From positions 744,001-808,000 of the forward strand of contig JAQGDQ010000045.1 in assembly GCA_030141605.1 (NCBI GenBank): 64,000 bases of DNA, given 5' to 3'. A program made the position numbers and the translations under genes. The first letter of the stretch is position 1. Each line of letters opens with the position of its first letter. Of this stretch, positions 41,301-55,155 are shown piece by piece. Source of the stretch: Tubiluchus corallicola. Lineage: Eukaryota > Animalia > Priapulida. The notes beneath the pieces are model-generated. The model saw nothing but the letters and a program-made list of their open reading frames with translations. It ran no database searches and had not been told where the DNA came from.

Positions 41301-42782
41301 AAGTTTATCATTAAAAAATTTAAATTTTAATTTCACACTGTATCAACATTTAAATTCACTAAAGTGTAGTACGTTACAAGAGAAATGTGTTCCATAATCT
41401 GATACAGTGTCTATTTTTTGTGCAATGATTAGTAATTAAGCTCAGAAGTTAGGGGCAGCAATCTTAATGGTTACTGCGTAAAGCACAAAAAGAACATACA
41501 TCAAGAACACACTTCACCAACTAAACAAATGTATGGAGTCCGCATTGTCTGAGATAGTGAAACACAGGTTTGGCACAAGCATTTTAAATTATTAAGAATG
41601 TTCTTTTTCGATTACATTAGTCTTTCCAACTGGTAAGCACAAAACTAAGTAACACAACGTTATATGCAAAGTTTCTTGGAACATACTTTAAAACTACCCT
41701 TTCTTCCCCTTTAAATTTTGGAATTTGTGTTTTTCAAGTTCGTGTAGAGCAATTTTACATCAAATTTTGTTTGGATTAAAACTATATTTGATAAACCAAT
41801 TGAGCAAAAAAGTTAGTATCGCAAAATAATTTTGATTGTGGTTTTCATCACTAAATATCTAAGGCTGTATCTTGAAATCAGTTGTGCTTACTACTAACCA
41901 ATGCTCCAACAAATTTTGCTGTAAAGGTTTAGATGTTGCAAATGGCTCTAGTAAGCTGTGTACTAAAGCCCAAAACGTACCTAGTTGCTGCTCACTCGGG
42001 GATAATGGGTGAACTCTGCAACTATATCACAACTATTTGAGTGTTATTTTACTTGCATGGAAAGTTTTTTTTGGGACATACTTTAAAATTACCGCTCTCT
42101 TCTCTTTGGCAACTACAAGTGCCAAAAGAACTTGGAATATAAAAAGCCAGAAACAAAAAAAATAACTAATGAAAGTAAAAAAATCACACATTTTTCTTAA
42201 AATACAGCTCAAAAGGATTTTACACACATATCACAATTTAATATTTTGCTCAGATAAATTAAGGGAATTACTAATTATTATTATATAACAACACATTCTC
42301 ATTAATTTTACATTGTTAATAATATTAACACAACACATTCTTATTCATTTTACATCGTTAATAACATTAACAATGCAAAACTAAAACTAGTAATAGGCAT
42401 AACAAAGAATTAAACCAGAAAGTGTGGTTAATGCGCCGAATTTAAACCTTTTTAAGGAGAGATTGAGGGCTCCACGATACTCGATAGTCATGCTTTAGGA
42501 AGCCAAATTTACTATGAATGATAAACTTAACAAGAACAAGCTTAACTAGCGAAATCAGATGTCTGACGGAGGAAATAAAATCAATAAAGCCAACACAATT
42601 TAAATCAGGACCGACTTTTTGCGCTATCCTTGTTACTGAAGCAGGAAAGTAATTGCATTTACATACATACGATAATTGAATAAAGATATATTATTATTAC
42701 TACTAAAGTATTTCCTGTGACTTTGCGATCAATTAATTATCGCTCTATATAGTCAGTGATGAGAAGCAAAATCGTACCTTAC

Positions 42783-42950
42783 CTTTAATAAGCCTATCAT
42801 ACGCCTCAGAAAGAAATCAGTTCAAAAATGAAACATTAATACACTTTACCGCTTCGTGTGACCCACAACTAATTCATTGCCACAAGCGCCATGATGCCAA
42901 TAACTTGCGTTTCTGTCACGTGGTGTATAAACTTATCCATGATTGGACAG
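42783..42950 (-). promoter_or_regulatory. Putative BCL9 promoter and non-coding first exon
   Basis: Strong donor AAAG|gtaagg at 42783, E-box GTCACGTGG at about 42915, CCAAT (GATTGG on plus) at 42941; lies just past the PINX1 3' end. Link to BCL9 is inferred. Confidence 0.45.
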
Positions 42951-44573
42951 GAGATTCTTTTGCGTTTACTCTACGACTCATCTGTTGTGAAACCAGTCAC
43001 TACTTAGTACTCACTAGAAACACTGTTACAATGATTTTTAACTTTTAGCAGTAAAATGCTTTCTGCACTAATATCAAAACAGCAAATAAATACAGGAAAT
43101 CTTTATTCCACACTCTTCAGCAAATTTATTTCACTATTGCAATTATGAAGAAGCAAAAAATTATTGTGAATGGATAATATTATAATCAATATTCAGTTTC
43201 GGAAAGGAAATACGAGTGCACTTTCACAAGGATTGGAAGAAAAATTTTATTCAAAAGTTCTACGCATTTCAGTGATTGTAATTAATTTGAAAGTTACAAA
43301 AATCGCTTGGCAATTTTAGTAATAGTAATTATACACTTTGGTAATAAATATCACCGGACAATCTAGTTAACTGACTTTCTTTTCTTTTGTTCATTGTCCT
43401 GTTGTTATTCCAATTCTTCGCTAATTACGTTGCCTGCTTTATCTGTATTATTATTAATAATTGAATGTATATTTAACACCTTAACTATCTCAAACACCTT
43501 AATAATAAATATCACATCTTTCTAATTTTTTAAAACCATGTTTGAATAGGGTTAATATCATACAAGATGTATATTTAATAATAGTGTCTAGTAGTTTAAG
43601 GTTACATCATTCCATGTCACTCAACAATTGCTTTTCTTTTTATTATTATTTCTTATTCATTAAGTTTAAAAACAATCTTATCATACAAGTACATACTATT
43701 TCTGTTTCACAGGTACTCTTGATTAAATTTTTAGATATTTGCTTATATTTACCTACTACTAGTATACTTTTACTTATTTAATACTCGTTTACTTTAATTT
43801 TGCACTTTTGTTTTGCATAATTTCCATAATACATGTATTATATTTCTTTTGCAGTTGCTTGCCATCAATTTAACTTTAATTCTTTTCCTACACTCTTTAT
43901 TTCTTGCTAAATACTGGAGCACTGAGTAAAGTCATCGAAAAAAATTACTTTGTATGTGTACTAATATCATCAAATTTCAATATCAGCAGTATCACCAATA
44001 CTATAATAAAAAGTGTAAGCTGGAAGTTACTTGTAACTTTGAAAGCCGCAACTACAAAGGCATATTGCTAGCATAATATTGTGAAGATGTGTTACTGTTA
44101 CATTTTGTAGTTGCTACTGTCAATGTACATGTATACAATAGGGTGTATTCAGTCACAACTTGTTATAGGTGCCATTATACTTGTCTACAGCAGCTGCACT
44201 AAAATAGAATAGAAAATCCATCTACTTAAAAGTCCAAAAACTGTGTTCAGTAGAAAAACATGATGCAAACAGGCATTCCATTCTAGATGAATTTAAGCAA
44301 CCATAACAGGATAATAATAATAAAACAGGATGACAATAATAATGTATGTCATATGCCAATATTTTCCCTAAACAGTTATTCATCAGGCCAACTACTTTAA
44401 GCAGGTTGTATGAGAGTTATCAATCAAATAAACAATGGCACATACAAAGCAAGTTAAATTATCTATTGTTTTATCGAAAAAATAAGACATACTTGACAAA
44501 ATTACAAAACTAGATGATATGCCGCCTTTTACAACAACTTTAATTAGATCAAATTTCCTAGCTTTGCTATGCG

Positions 44574-44960
44574 TCAACAGCGAGTTTTGTTGGAACATGT
44601 TTCTTTGGATTTACGACAATCTGAGATCGCTCTTTTTGCATTTCTCTTGCATTTTCCCGTGCTTTTACTGTTCTTAATGACAACAGCATCATCCTGCTTG
44701 GTCTTAAGTTCTTTCTTCTTTTTATTAAACATTAAACCATCTGTGACAGGCATTGACGTGTCTGTACTAAATAATTTTGGCAAACAAGAGCCATCGTTAT
44801 CTGCTTTATCTGACGATATACTTTGGGTCCGCTCTTGTTTAGACTTTTTCTTCAATTCATCCATTTTCTTTGAGAAGTAGTCCTGTAAGGACATTGTCGA
44901 GGTAAAAAGGGGCTCGTTTCTCTCTTCTTCAAGAGAAGCAGAATCAGCACTGTTAACTTC
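44574..44960 (-). CDS. PINX1: PINX1 exon 5 (K-rich C-terminus)
   Basis: ttttttag|GAA GTT...; contains SLQDYFSKKM; TGA at 44574. Confidence 0.88.
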   Translation of the reverse strand, partial: EVNSADSASLEEERNEPLFTSTMSLQDYFSKKMDELKKKSKQERTQSISSDKADNDGSCLPKLFSTDTSMPVTDGLMFNKKKKELKTKQDDAVVIKNSKSTGKCKRNAKRAISDCRKSKETCSNKTRC

Positions 44961-47900
44961 CTAAAAAAAGCAAAGCAAATGAATGTGAGACTGTTTCTCA
45001 AAAAAAGATCAACAAAAAAAGTGTTCAGGGTAACAGGGCTAATTATCACTTGACTATGCCTGGTCTAGTATGTGTGAGATGATTCAGTAAGGTAATGCAG
45101 AGAATCACTAGCTTAACAGTTGTACACACAATTTGTTTAGATTGATAAGCTAGGCTTAACAGGAAGAGATAAACTTCTTTTGACTTTTTAGTTAAACTCA
45201 ATGCGGCTCTAAATCACATTATGTTATAAATTGCAACACCTGTTAGCTTGCGTCACATGCGTGGGTACACGAATATTACATTATAGAGAAAGTTCTTCAC
45301 GTTAAAGGTAAACCACTGAAGCCAGGTCTTCATCTGAGCAGTTTCACCTGGATATTAGGCCACTCAGTAGAGAGTGGTTTTCTGTCTTAAACAGATGTAT
45401 GTTTACAGGTCAAATACTTTTCATCTCATATCCTGTGCTCCCAGAGTTCTGATGCATGTCTCACAGCCCTAAGGAGATGCTAGCAATCACAGAAAGATGT
45501 AACGGTATAACACATCTTATGCTATTACTGTCATAAGTCATCAACTGTTAAATGCTATTTGGTGAGTCAGCACGACAGGGATGATAGACTATAAATTAGT
45601 CAAATTCACTTGAGGAGTGAGATGGTTTGTTTCTATCGGAACCGGTTATCGACACATAGATGTTTAACCTGCTGGAAACGTTGTCGGTGAGACACTGTCA
45701 TACAAACATCTGTAAGCTGTGACTGTCAGTGTAGACTATCTTATTGAAAGTGAACATTCAGCAGAACAAGGGTACCTCGCCAATATTCTGTGGAACAGGT
45801 TTTCCTTTTTTGTACATTAATGCTCACTGTCATTTTTTTTTAATATTTGTAATCCTATTAAATTAGTTGCTACATGTCATTAAATAGTACCTTTCTTGTT
45901 TATTATGAATTAGGTAAAATGTCATTAACAGAAGAAAGAAAACAACCCATTTTTTTTATAAAACTATGAACAGAATATTTATTCTGTTTATAAAATTAGC
46001 ATAAATAATCAGCTCAACATCTTTCGGCGCAAGCTACATCAAAACTGGTTTTCGAGTATCAACAATAAATAACTTAGCAGCAAGCACACATTGTGACCAC
46101 TCAGCTACTTTTTTCCATTGTTGGGTCATTAATTTTATCATACTGAAGGCTTCAACAAGTGGTACTGCAGCAACTACTGTACTGCTATAAGTTCAATGTG
46201 CATCATGACAGCAAAAAAACTAGATCGAGTGGGCATGAAAGGCTTGAGGAATTTAAATGGAGTAGTCATCTCCAGGCTCTTCAAGGTAAATGAACACACT
46301 GCACCATCAACAACCTCTTACCGTGGAATACTCCGAACCGACTTAAATACAGTATACAACAATGAAGAGTGCAAAGGCAGACAACTTCTCTGGAGAATGT
46401 TCCACTTTTTTGCAAAATACACAAAATTCTAGTTAATATTTAGAGTATCCTAAGAATGAAGTTAACATACCTGAGAATCTAGCTGCACAGTTGAGTTCAT
46501 CAAAGATGGACGATTCCCTAATATGCACGCTATGTCATTTCTGGTAGCTAATGACAAATCTTTCCCTCGGGTGAACTTGTGATAACTGTTACAAAAACAC
46601 CAATATGTTATACATGGATATGGTTAAAAAAGCTTACTAAGTACTAATTAGAATATATTTCATTAATATATATATACTAAACTATTTGCAATTTTAATTA
46701 GGCACTTTGCGAGAAATATATATAGGATAGCATAACACATATACCACTTGGTACAACTGTGTAACTTAGGTGATCATATATCATGTAACAATTAAAAATT
46801 TATGTATGAAGGTTTGGTCACAAGGTTCTATATATTGTACATCATGTCTGTAAACTATATAGGACCTAAAAGGTATTTTGCTTTTCACTTCAGCAGTTTC
46901 TAAGTTATCACATCATATATTACCAACACCCAAACCTTCACTAAATGTGACACACTTGCTTTACTGTAGTACATTATGTTACAAACGGGTCAAAGTTGCC
47001 TCAATGGCAAAAGATTGCTGAAACATGTCACAGTGTCGTGAAACATAATTTAATTCCACAGTACAAGTAACACTTACTGCACACGTCTTTTAGATGTTTT
47101 TGACTGCTTCTCTAAACTTCTAACTCGCTGTTTTGCAGTTTTCACATTCGTACTTGTTGAATGTGTTTGATTCAAGTCATCTAGTAACTTGTTAAAGTCA
47201 TCCTGGTGTGCAATCCACTTATCTTCATCATTTACCGTAAACCCAACACCTAGCGTTATTAGAAAGAAAAATCACGTACAGATTCTGAAAATTTGACATA
47301 AGTTAATTATTGTTTTATAAAGCAACTTTATGCAACAGACATGAAGGAACAGCTATTGCTATCAGCTCTTGTTAAATCAACATATGCAAACATATAATAC
47401 ATACATACACTAATGTTTCCATTGGGTATGTGGGTACACATTACCTGTATTGTTTATTACCCGAGCTTAATATCTCTACCCAGTTAATGAAAATGCAGAC
47501 ATTATTTGTACCCATTGTTAGAGAATTTAAAATTTAAATGCTATCTTCTGCTGTGTGCTTTTACAGTAGGTACATACTAGCAAACTATTAAATGCTGTTG
47601 CATTGGTAGTGCAACAGGCCAACATCCAGTAGGGACATGGCAGATCAAACCATTTTGCTGTAGGCATGACTTACAAAAAACAAGCTATAATTTACTTACC
47701 AAGAGGTTAATTATCCAAATGAAATTTATTATCAACTTTTAGAAATCTACTTCAGGCCGCTAACAAGGATAAATGGATAGTAAAGTTTAATAGCACGTAA
47801 AAAAGATAATATAGATTACTTTATTCCCCTAATCCCCATGCTGTATTAATAGTGCTCAGTGTGGTACTATCTAGGTTGACGTAGCTGACTCATTGATAAA

Positions 47901-50900
47901 GTGTGCAGAGAAGTAATTAAGGTCTAACAGATAAAACTCAGTCAAATGAATTGTGTCGGGAAAACACTAAGCTTTGCAACTCACAGCTTGTGTGTTCATG
48001 CTTTCAGAGTGTAATAAATTAATGCCTGTTGTTAACATAACAGTGTAGTTAGTTAAAATACACCAGTTGTTGTTTTTATTTATGAACATAAATGATTACA
48101 GTTTCTTTACTGCCGCTGAATCTTAACAATCGGGTGCCCAGGTACCTGACGGGTATAAAGAACAGGGTAGCTGAGTCTGACTTTTGCTGTCCGTGCAAAC
48201 ACTAACATACATGTGAATTTACAATGTAACATAGCAAAAATGTCATATATGCTGATTTTTCAGCAGTTATTACCTTTATTATCTTCTTTCATATCTAACC
48301 TAACAAAATCAGGATTGCCATCTTCATTTGCGCCTAGTCCTTTGCCTTTGGTCCATCCCATTCCTTTGAGCATCCGTTCACCAATTTTATTGGTGTCTAA
48401 AATATAGAACACTGTTCAAAGACAAATCTAATACAACTATAAATACAGCCATTGGCCGAGTGGTTAGATAGCATTTCAAAAGTATATGGTCACACTCTAT
48501 GTGACTAGATATATATAAAAAATGTAATATTTAGATAAAAAAAATCAACCTGGTTTTTGGACAGAGGTGATTACAATCTTAGTGATAAAGAATAACAGAC
48601 AATAGCAGCAAAATTCTTGAGCAGCTGGACTATCATGCCAAGACATTTAAGCAATACATTACTAACTGGGCAACTTTATTTATACACAAAGAAAATAAAG
48701 GCATAAAATGATTAGGTGAATCATGTGTTCCAGACACATGGAACTAAGGTTGGCCATTGAATGGAAAATTTCGAATTTGTGTAGAATACATGCAATTAAT
48801 TTTAAAATGTTTTGAACAGAATTTTAATCGAATAAAAACTTACATTATTGATTTAAAGTAAGAAATTGACTAATAAATTATTAATAATGATTTCCGATTT
48901 GTTACTGTAGAAAAGTTAGCAGCATTTTTATAGTTTCAAAAATAATGTAAAGATGTAAATTTAGGCCTACTGCTAGCTGATCATCTGTTTAACCTGTTCG
49001 TTAGAATAAATTGTGCTACTACTTGTAAATTTTCGATTTCAAAAAATATCAAATTTAAAAGTTCAACTTATTTAAGCCCTATCTGGATTCGAGGTATTCT
49101 TTCTGCAATTTTGTAGCTTTTAAACAAGCACAAGATTGTGAAATTTGTTCAAGGATTACCAGATGAATGCAAACTTTTCTGCCTTTTATTACACTAAATT
49201 AAGGCATTTACAATCGACAAACAAGATAACATTGCCTGATCAGTAACAACAATGTGATTTCCTTATGACAATCAGGCAACACAATTCTATGAATTTTTCG
49301 AATGTGGGACGCAGTCGAATCAAATGTTTTTAAAGGAAAACCATTTGCAGTTCTACAGCAACAGTATGATAAGTTTAAAAGCTGGAATCCATCGAGATTT
49401 TTAAGACTGCAATCGTTCTTATTTACTGAACAACAATGTCAAGTCACACACGAAATCTGCATGTCAGAGTGGGACAAATATTTAAAGTCTATTTTCAAGT
49501 AGATATTATTTGTAGTGTTCTTTAATATTATTATTATTATTTTGTAATACGTATTGCATAACTGTGATTTATTTGTGTTTAACCCAATAAGTTGAAATGT
49601 AAGTATGATACAGAACGAGTCTAGAAGTCTAGCACCGATTATTTTTCTAAACAGGTCTGATACTATGTCAAAGACTTCAGAAGTACAGTTCCCGAAAATC
49701 GAGCAGCATCGACTACGATGAGTGCCAGCTACTTTTTTTCTTACTTGTATGCCAGTCAAATAAAACATTAGTACTTAACAGATTTAGTAACCAGAACAAT
49801 TTTACACACCTCACCAAAAACCACTAGCCTAAAACATTGAAACATTATAGAGTTCATAATTCTTTTCAATTACAATTACAACAAAATTCGGTTCAGCTTT
49901 GGTCTGATATTTCAATTCTAACTTAATATTTCATTCAGAATTCAGTTCGGTAGCACAGCCAATCGTTCAGTTAAGCTTCAGCTTCGTGGCACCCAAGCAT
50001 AAAAAATCGGCTTGGGTTTGGTTGGTGAAAATGTGCCTTTGGTGCACTTCTAGGCAGCTCATGTACATTCAACTTGTTAGATGCTTTAAATGACCCTGAC
50101 TGGAAATTGAACAAGTTTGGAATACAGATGTGATATATAATGACCCTCAGAAGTATTTGAGGTTCCCCTTAAAAAAACCTCTTTTGAAACTGCAGTGTTT
50201 TTTATATTTACTTGGTAACATCTTGGTAAGGATTCAAGATTTTTTACCACTTCAGTTGCGGTATGTAATAATCAACTCTAATAAGTCGCCCGATGTTGTT
50301 ATAAAGAGCGGAATGCACGGGCCTTTGTTATTTCTTATCTGCGCCAATGACTTACTTGACAAACTAACATCAACAGTCAAAATGTTTGCTGCTGACATGA
50401 AGATATGTAAAAATATAGCCAGTTCATGGTCGTACACACTCCGGCCAGATATATCAGTCATGGATGCATGATCCAGAAAGTGGAAAATGTCATTGAAGAC
50501 AAACAAGTGTATGTAAAACTACATCTAGGGAACAACCAAGTCAAATTTAACTATATCGTGAGTGATATAACGCAAACTAAGTATCAAGGGGATCTCGGGG
50601 TACGTGTGGATAACAAGTTATCATTCAACCAACATCTGATGGTCACCAAGAAACAAAGAAAAAATATTTGGTTAATTAAAAGAACTTTTGGTTTCTTTTC
50701 ATTTCTCTAGACCCTCTAGACCTTTCCGATTCCGTATAAAACATTTGTCTGTCCTATTCTTGCTCTTCTTGACTACAGAGATGTCGTATGGAATCCATCC
50801 AGATTCCAGACTGAATGCAATCGGGAAAGTGGAATCTATGCAACGTAGAGCTATAAAAATAGTTCCTGTCATGAGACATATAACATGTTCAGAACAGATG

Positions 50901-52927
50901 AGGAGTTGGGAACCCCTTAATGACATTTTAAAGGAAGAATTAATTAAATTTTGAATTATTTATTTCGAAATCTAGTCCATAAAATACAAATATATAAATA
51001 TATATACATACAAGGATATAAAATACTACGAAAACTAATTTAAGAAAATATTTGCAGCATAATTACATGGATATTATTACACTTATTTACAAACAAAATC
51101 CTTCTCCATTTGTTAAAAATATAAGAATTCATACTATATCAGAATTTAAAATATATTGTGTTAAAATGTTACCAGAGCAATCTAGAATCGACTTTTAAAA
51201 GATTAAAATGCTACTAGAGCAATCTAGAATCGACTTTTAAAAAAACAGCTTTTCAGATAATTACTCCAAAGTGCTGAAGAGAGGCGATCTGATGCTGATG
51301 TTTCGTATGAGTTAGTATTTCAATAACAATCCACGAGGTAGAGGAGCTGGATATAAAGTTACTAAACCCAGATGCAAAAACAGATTTATGTTCAGTTTGA
51401 AGGAAGCAATTTGACCAATATACTGTTTAAAGGAGAGACTGTTATCAATTGACATACCAATCACACAATCAACTTCATGCAAAACATGATCTTCTATGTT
51501 AGGGTTTTCACTAATCATAATTACGATAAATTCCATCTGATTTATTGTGCCCCAGCTTCAATACTAAAAATTTACAGAATGAAATTCAAGCTTAATCCAG
51601 GATAAAATCGTTAGTGAGCACGCAAAATATGGAAATGCCACAAAATCTTGAATAGTAAAATCAGTGCATTATAACATAGTTTTGGGTCCTTTACACGTGA
51701 GGCTACCAACATTAAAGCAAAAGCTAAGTCTCTCGGAAAGTTCTGCATAATCTAATATTTGAGAAAAAAAGAAGTCTCAGCAATGAAACTGTGATAAGCG
51801 CCTCATGTAATTAATAATTTCAATTTGAGATCACGATCACTTCACGCTTGGGGGTGCTCATTTTGGTGCAAAATGTTGTCATCTGGTTACCGTGCAATAT
51901 ACACAGTTATTCTGCCAAGTGCTTCAGCAATCTTTTTTTTGACTTATAGAGCGAACTCTATAAACTAAGTAACCCACCTGGTATCCTACTGTTAAGTGGC
52001 CATAAAACAGATATAGAAAGTTAGAAGATAACACTTAAATTCAGACAAGAAAAATATCTTTATTAACTGAGCACTTTACACCAAACTCGCCGTTTTGCTA
52101 TCCTAGCATGAACTTTACATCTGGCGCATTGCGCCATCTATTAGTGTTCATACAAAACATGCAACACCTACTATACGCTTGCAAGTTTACACATGTATCT
52201 GAAAGTCAACAAAAATCTGTAAATTAATTACACTTGCACAATTACTACTTACACATTTTACAGTATAATCCTGTCGGTAAAGGCTATTAACCACTTTAAT
52301 ATTGGTCGTGATTGATCAAATGACTAATTTTTACATAAACACAGTTATAATACAATGCTATAATAACTGAATTTCTGAGTGAACTGTAGAAATTTCTCAA
52401 CGTGTACCTTAGTAACAGCTGGTCTTCACAGCACTAACGCTGCCCAGCAGTCACCAGCATACGCCACTTTTTTCAAATATGAAGACAGCAACGTTTGTTT
52501 GGCGGGAGATAAAAAATATTTAAATTTCTTTTACATTTTTAAGCAAAGCATTCTATGCGCATATCTTGTGTGGCGATTTCAATACTTTTAACTGCATATT
52601 AAAATGCAATAAATGTTGTTCGAGGGTTGGTTCTCCGCTTAATGCCAAAACAATGATTGATAGGTAGCTGCAAAGGTGAGTTTATCCTAGAATTTTACTG
52701 TTAGTTTTCAAACACCTCTGAAATTTAAAAAAATGTGTGTATTCATTTGCCACATCTATGAATCCGTGCATTCTGCCACTTCCTAATGCGAGCATGCAGT
52801 TATATTTGATATTTAAAATTATATTTATACTATAGTACTAGTACTACCAACTACCATTCAGCCAAGCTGTGTTCCTCGGATCTTTTGAAAACCGCCTTTT
52901 TATCTTCTTTTCGGCAAGCATCGCCAT
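44574..52927 (-). CDS. PINX1: PIN2/TERF1-interacting telomerase inhibitor 1 (G-patch protein; Pxr1/Gno1 homolog), 5 exons, 289 aa
   Basis: complement(join(44574..44960,46471..46585,47078..47249,48274..48396,52855..52927)) = 870 nt with consistent phases. Motifs: MAMLAEKK...DPRNTAW, G-patch KIGERMLKGMGWTKGKGLG, WIAHQDDFNKLL, RVHYHKFTRGKDLS, SLQDYFSKKM. Confidence 0.95.
46471..46585 (-). CDS. PINX1: PINX1 exon 4
   Basis: YHKFTRGKDLSLATRNDIACILG; phase 2/0. Confidence 0.92.
47078..47249 (-). CDS. PINX1: PINX1 exon 3
   Basis: GVGFTVNDEDKWIAHQDDFNKLLDDLN...SLEKQSKTSKRRV; phase 1/2. Confidence 0.93.
48274..48396 (-). CDS. PINX1: PINX1 exon 2 (G-patch)
   Basis: DTNKIGERMLKGMGWTKGKGLGANEDG; phase 1/1. 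Confidence 0.95.
50240..50955 (+). mobile_element. Frameshifted CR1-type LINE reverse-transcriptase fragment in PINX1 intron 1
   Basis: Across three ORFs: GPLLFLICANDL, KMFAADMKI (eroded FADD), DLGVRVDNKLSFNQH, IKRTF, KVESMQRRAIKIVP. Confidence 0.88.
51161..51242. repeat. 42-bp tandem duplication
   Basis: TTAAAATGYTACYAGAGCAATCTAGAATCGACTTTTAAAA x2. Confidence 0.85.
51290..51720 (-). mobile_element. Second, more decayed CR1-type RT fragment in opposite orientation
   Basis: Minus frames give LEFHS..VLKLGHN, IGMSIDNSLSFKQYI and LLLKY, echoing CR1 RT C-terminal motifs. Confidence 0.6.
52855..52927 (-). CDS. PINX1: PINX1 exon 1
   Basis: MAMLAEKKIKRRFSKDPRNTAWLN then G|gtagtt. Confidence 0.93.
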
Positions 52928-53049
52928 CTTCTGAGTTTTCACAATTTAAAAGTAAAAATGTTTTGCATTGAAAACCAAAAAAGCTTAATAATAAACCAAC
53001 AAAAACTACAATCAATCACAGCTGTTATGGTTATTTCCACTGACTTTCC

Positions 53050-53075
53050 CACGTGTTAAGCGCATGTCACATGAT
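53050..53075. promoter_or_regulatory. E-boxes in the PINX1 promoter
   Basis: CACGTG at 53050 and GTCACATGA at about 53066, about 125 bp upstream of the ATG; typical of Myc-regulated ribosome-biogenesis genes. Confidence 0.45.
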
Positions 53076-54396
53076 GTCATGACCACAAGTAACAAGAAAA
53101 TATCCGAATGTCTTCTTCACGACCAGCACACTGTTCACGACTAATGCATTTATTAGGGCGAGGATGAATGGACGTTGTGGAATATTCAAACACAGTACAC
53201 AAACAATTAAAATAATCATTATTAATTTTGAAATAATTGTTTATTCAAGTAATGTATGTTTAACTTACTTGAAACTTGCCTGCAATTTATGTGCTAAATT
53301 CAGATACCATTTACAGCATCAAAAGATCAAAGCGATTAATGTGAAAATGTTATGTGGACACTGGACAGAGAAGTGATTGGACTGATGCCGCTAGATGATA
53401 TTCAATTGAGCCTTTGAACAAAAGAGGCTGGTATAATAATCATTTGAAATAGTGTGTTGGTCTGTATCTCAAATGCCAGTGTTTGAAATACATATTCCAA
53501 ATTTTAACATAACAATTTATAACATTACTCTGGCTATTTCTTCTAATAAGTTCCTTAGAAAGGCAAATTGAAAATAATTATCTAATCACATCTTCTTTCC
53601 TTAATAAGGAAATTTTTATTCACTTCACTTCAAAACGAGTGTACGTGTAGCAGATTTAAATCATAGTTTGTTTACTTGCACTACAAAAAGTGAAGAATAA
53701 AGTTCAAAGAAACTGTTGTTATTTTAATCAGTGACTAAATCCTAAAATTTTTTTTAACAGCTGGTTTAGTTGTTTAAGTTTTAGATATTTTAATATTGCT
53801 TATTTTGGACAGTTTGCAACTTAGATTTAAATTTTTACATACAGCAGTCCATATTGTTTGTACTCACATGTACTGTATAAAATGAGTAAAAAAAAAACTG
53901 CAATAACAAGAATAAATATAGATAGTGTTCAAATTTCGGGAGCCAAATGATCACCAGTAAGATAGCTATTTTCAAAAAATGAAATGGGCATTTATAATAA
54001 TACAATAAGGTGCTTGATTTTCCTGTTACAATGATACATTTAAATGAAAAGCTAAGCCTTCTGGGAAAATAGTCAGGAAAGTAAGGCTTATTTCAACGTT
54101 TGCTAAAAATGTTAGAGTTCAGTACTAAAAGTGCAATAAGCATCTCGCGCAATAAGTGATAATATTAACAAAATCACTTTAAAGTCGCAATCATTTCACA
54201 CATGAGCATTTCTGTTCTCTCACCAATGACATCATTCTTTAACCGAAGAAAATCAGAGTAGAGGTTTTAACAAAAAATTACATTTGCAATATTTCTATGT
54301 GTGCATTAGGTACATTGCAGAAATTTGAAGTAATTTAAGTGGCATGCACTTACAAAAAGCCACTAGATACGTCATCATTTTCAAGTGAATGGCAGC

Positions 54397-54466
54397 TAGC
54401 ACATATCCTGAAAATTTCTCTACAGTGGTAGTAGCACATAGCCTGAAAATTTCTCTACAGTGGTAG
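54397..54466. repeat. 35-bp tandem duplication downstream of cyclin B3
   Basis: TAGCACATAKCCTGAAAATTTCTCTACAGTGGTAG x2. Confidence 0.88.
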
Positions 54467-55155
54467 TGTAAATTCACTTTGTCCTTTTTAGGCATTTTTT
54501 GCACATTTCTTTGTTATATTTTTCCAAGCTTAGGTGATAGCGGTAAAATAAGCCCTATGTCTTTTCCTTTAATGACTGAATTGAGCTAAATTTAAACAGG
54601 GCTGCCTGGAAATAGAAGCAAATACTTGCATTCACGCAAACATACAATATACACTTAAAATACTCACACAAAAATTAATTAAAAAATACGGCAAAAAAAT
54701 TTTGGCCACAAAGTTTACAAAACACAATATGTAAAATCGGCCTTACCGTTTTCACAATTTATACAGTGTATAACGCAAACTGCATTTTCAGTTATCTACA
54801 AGAAGTATATGTCAACTACTACTGGCTCACAATAATTTGCAGAAAACTACACTTCCTATAACTAACAAGAAAATTTCGAGTCAAAAACAGTACTTAATTA
54901 AATTACAACTTAAATAAGATAAAATCTAAAAATACATAATTTGTTATTATGTAACAGTACTGCCTGAAATGTTTAACCAGAAGTAAAATGTAACTGAATA
55001 TACAAGCAATTATTAGATTTGTCATTAGACTCTGAATTTCCATAATATCATGACCCATTATCGAAATGTTACATAAACATGTCCTTGCAACATCCGCTGC
55101 TTATTATAGCATAGTTATTTTCACTCTTGTTTTGCACATGATTAAAAACTGAGCT

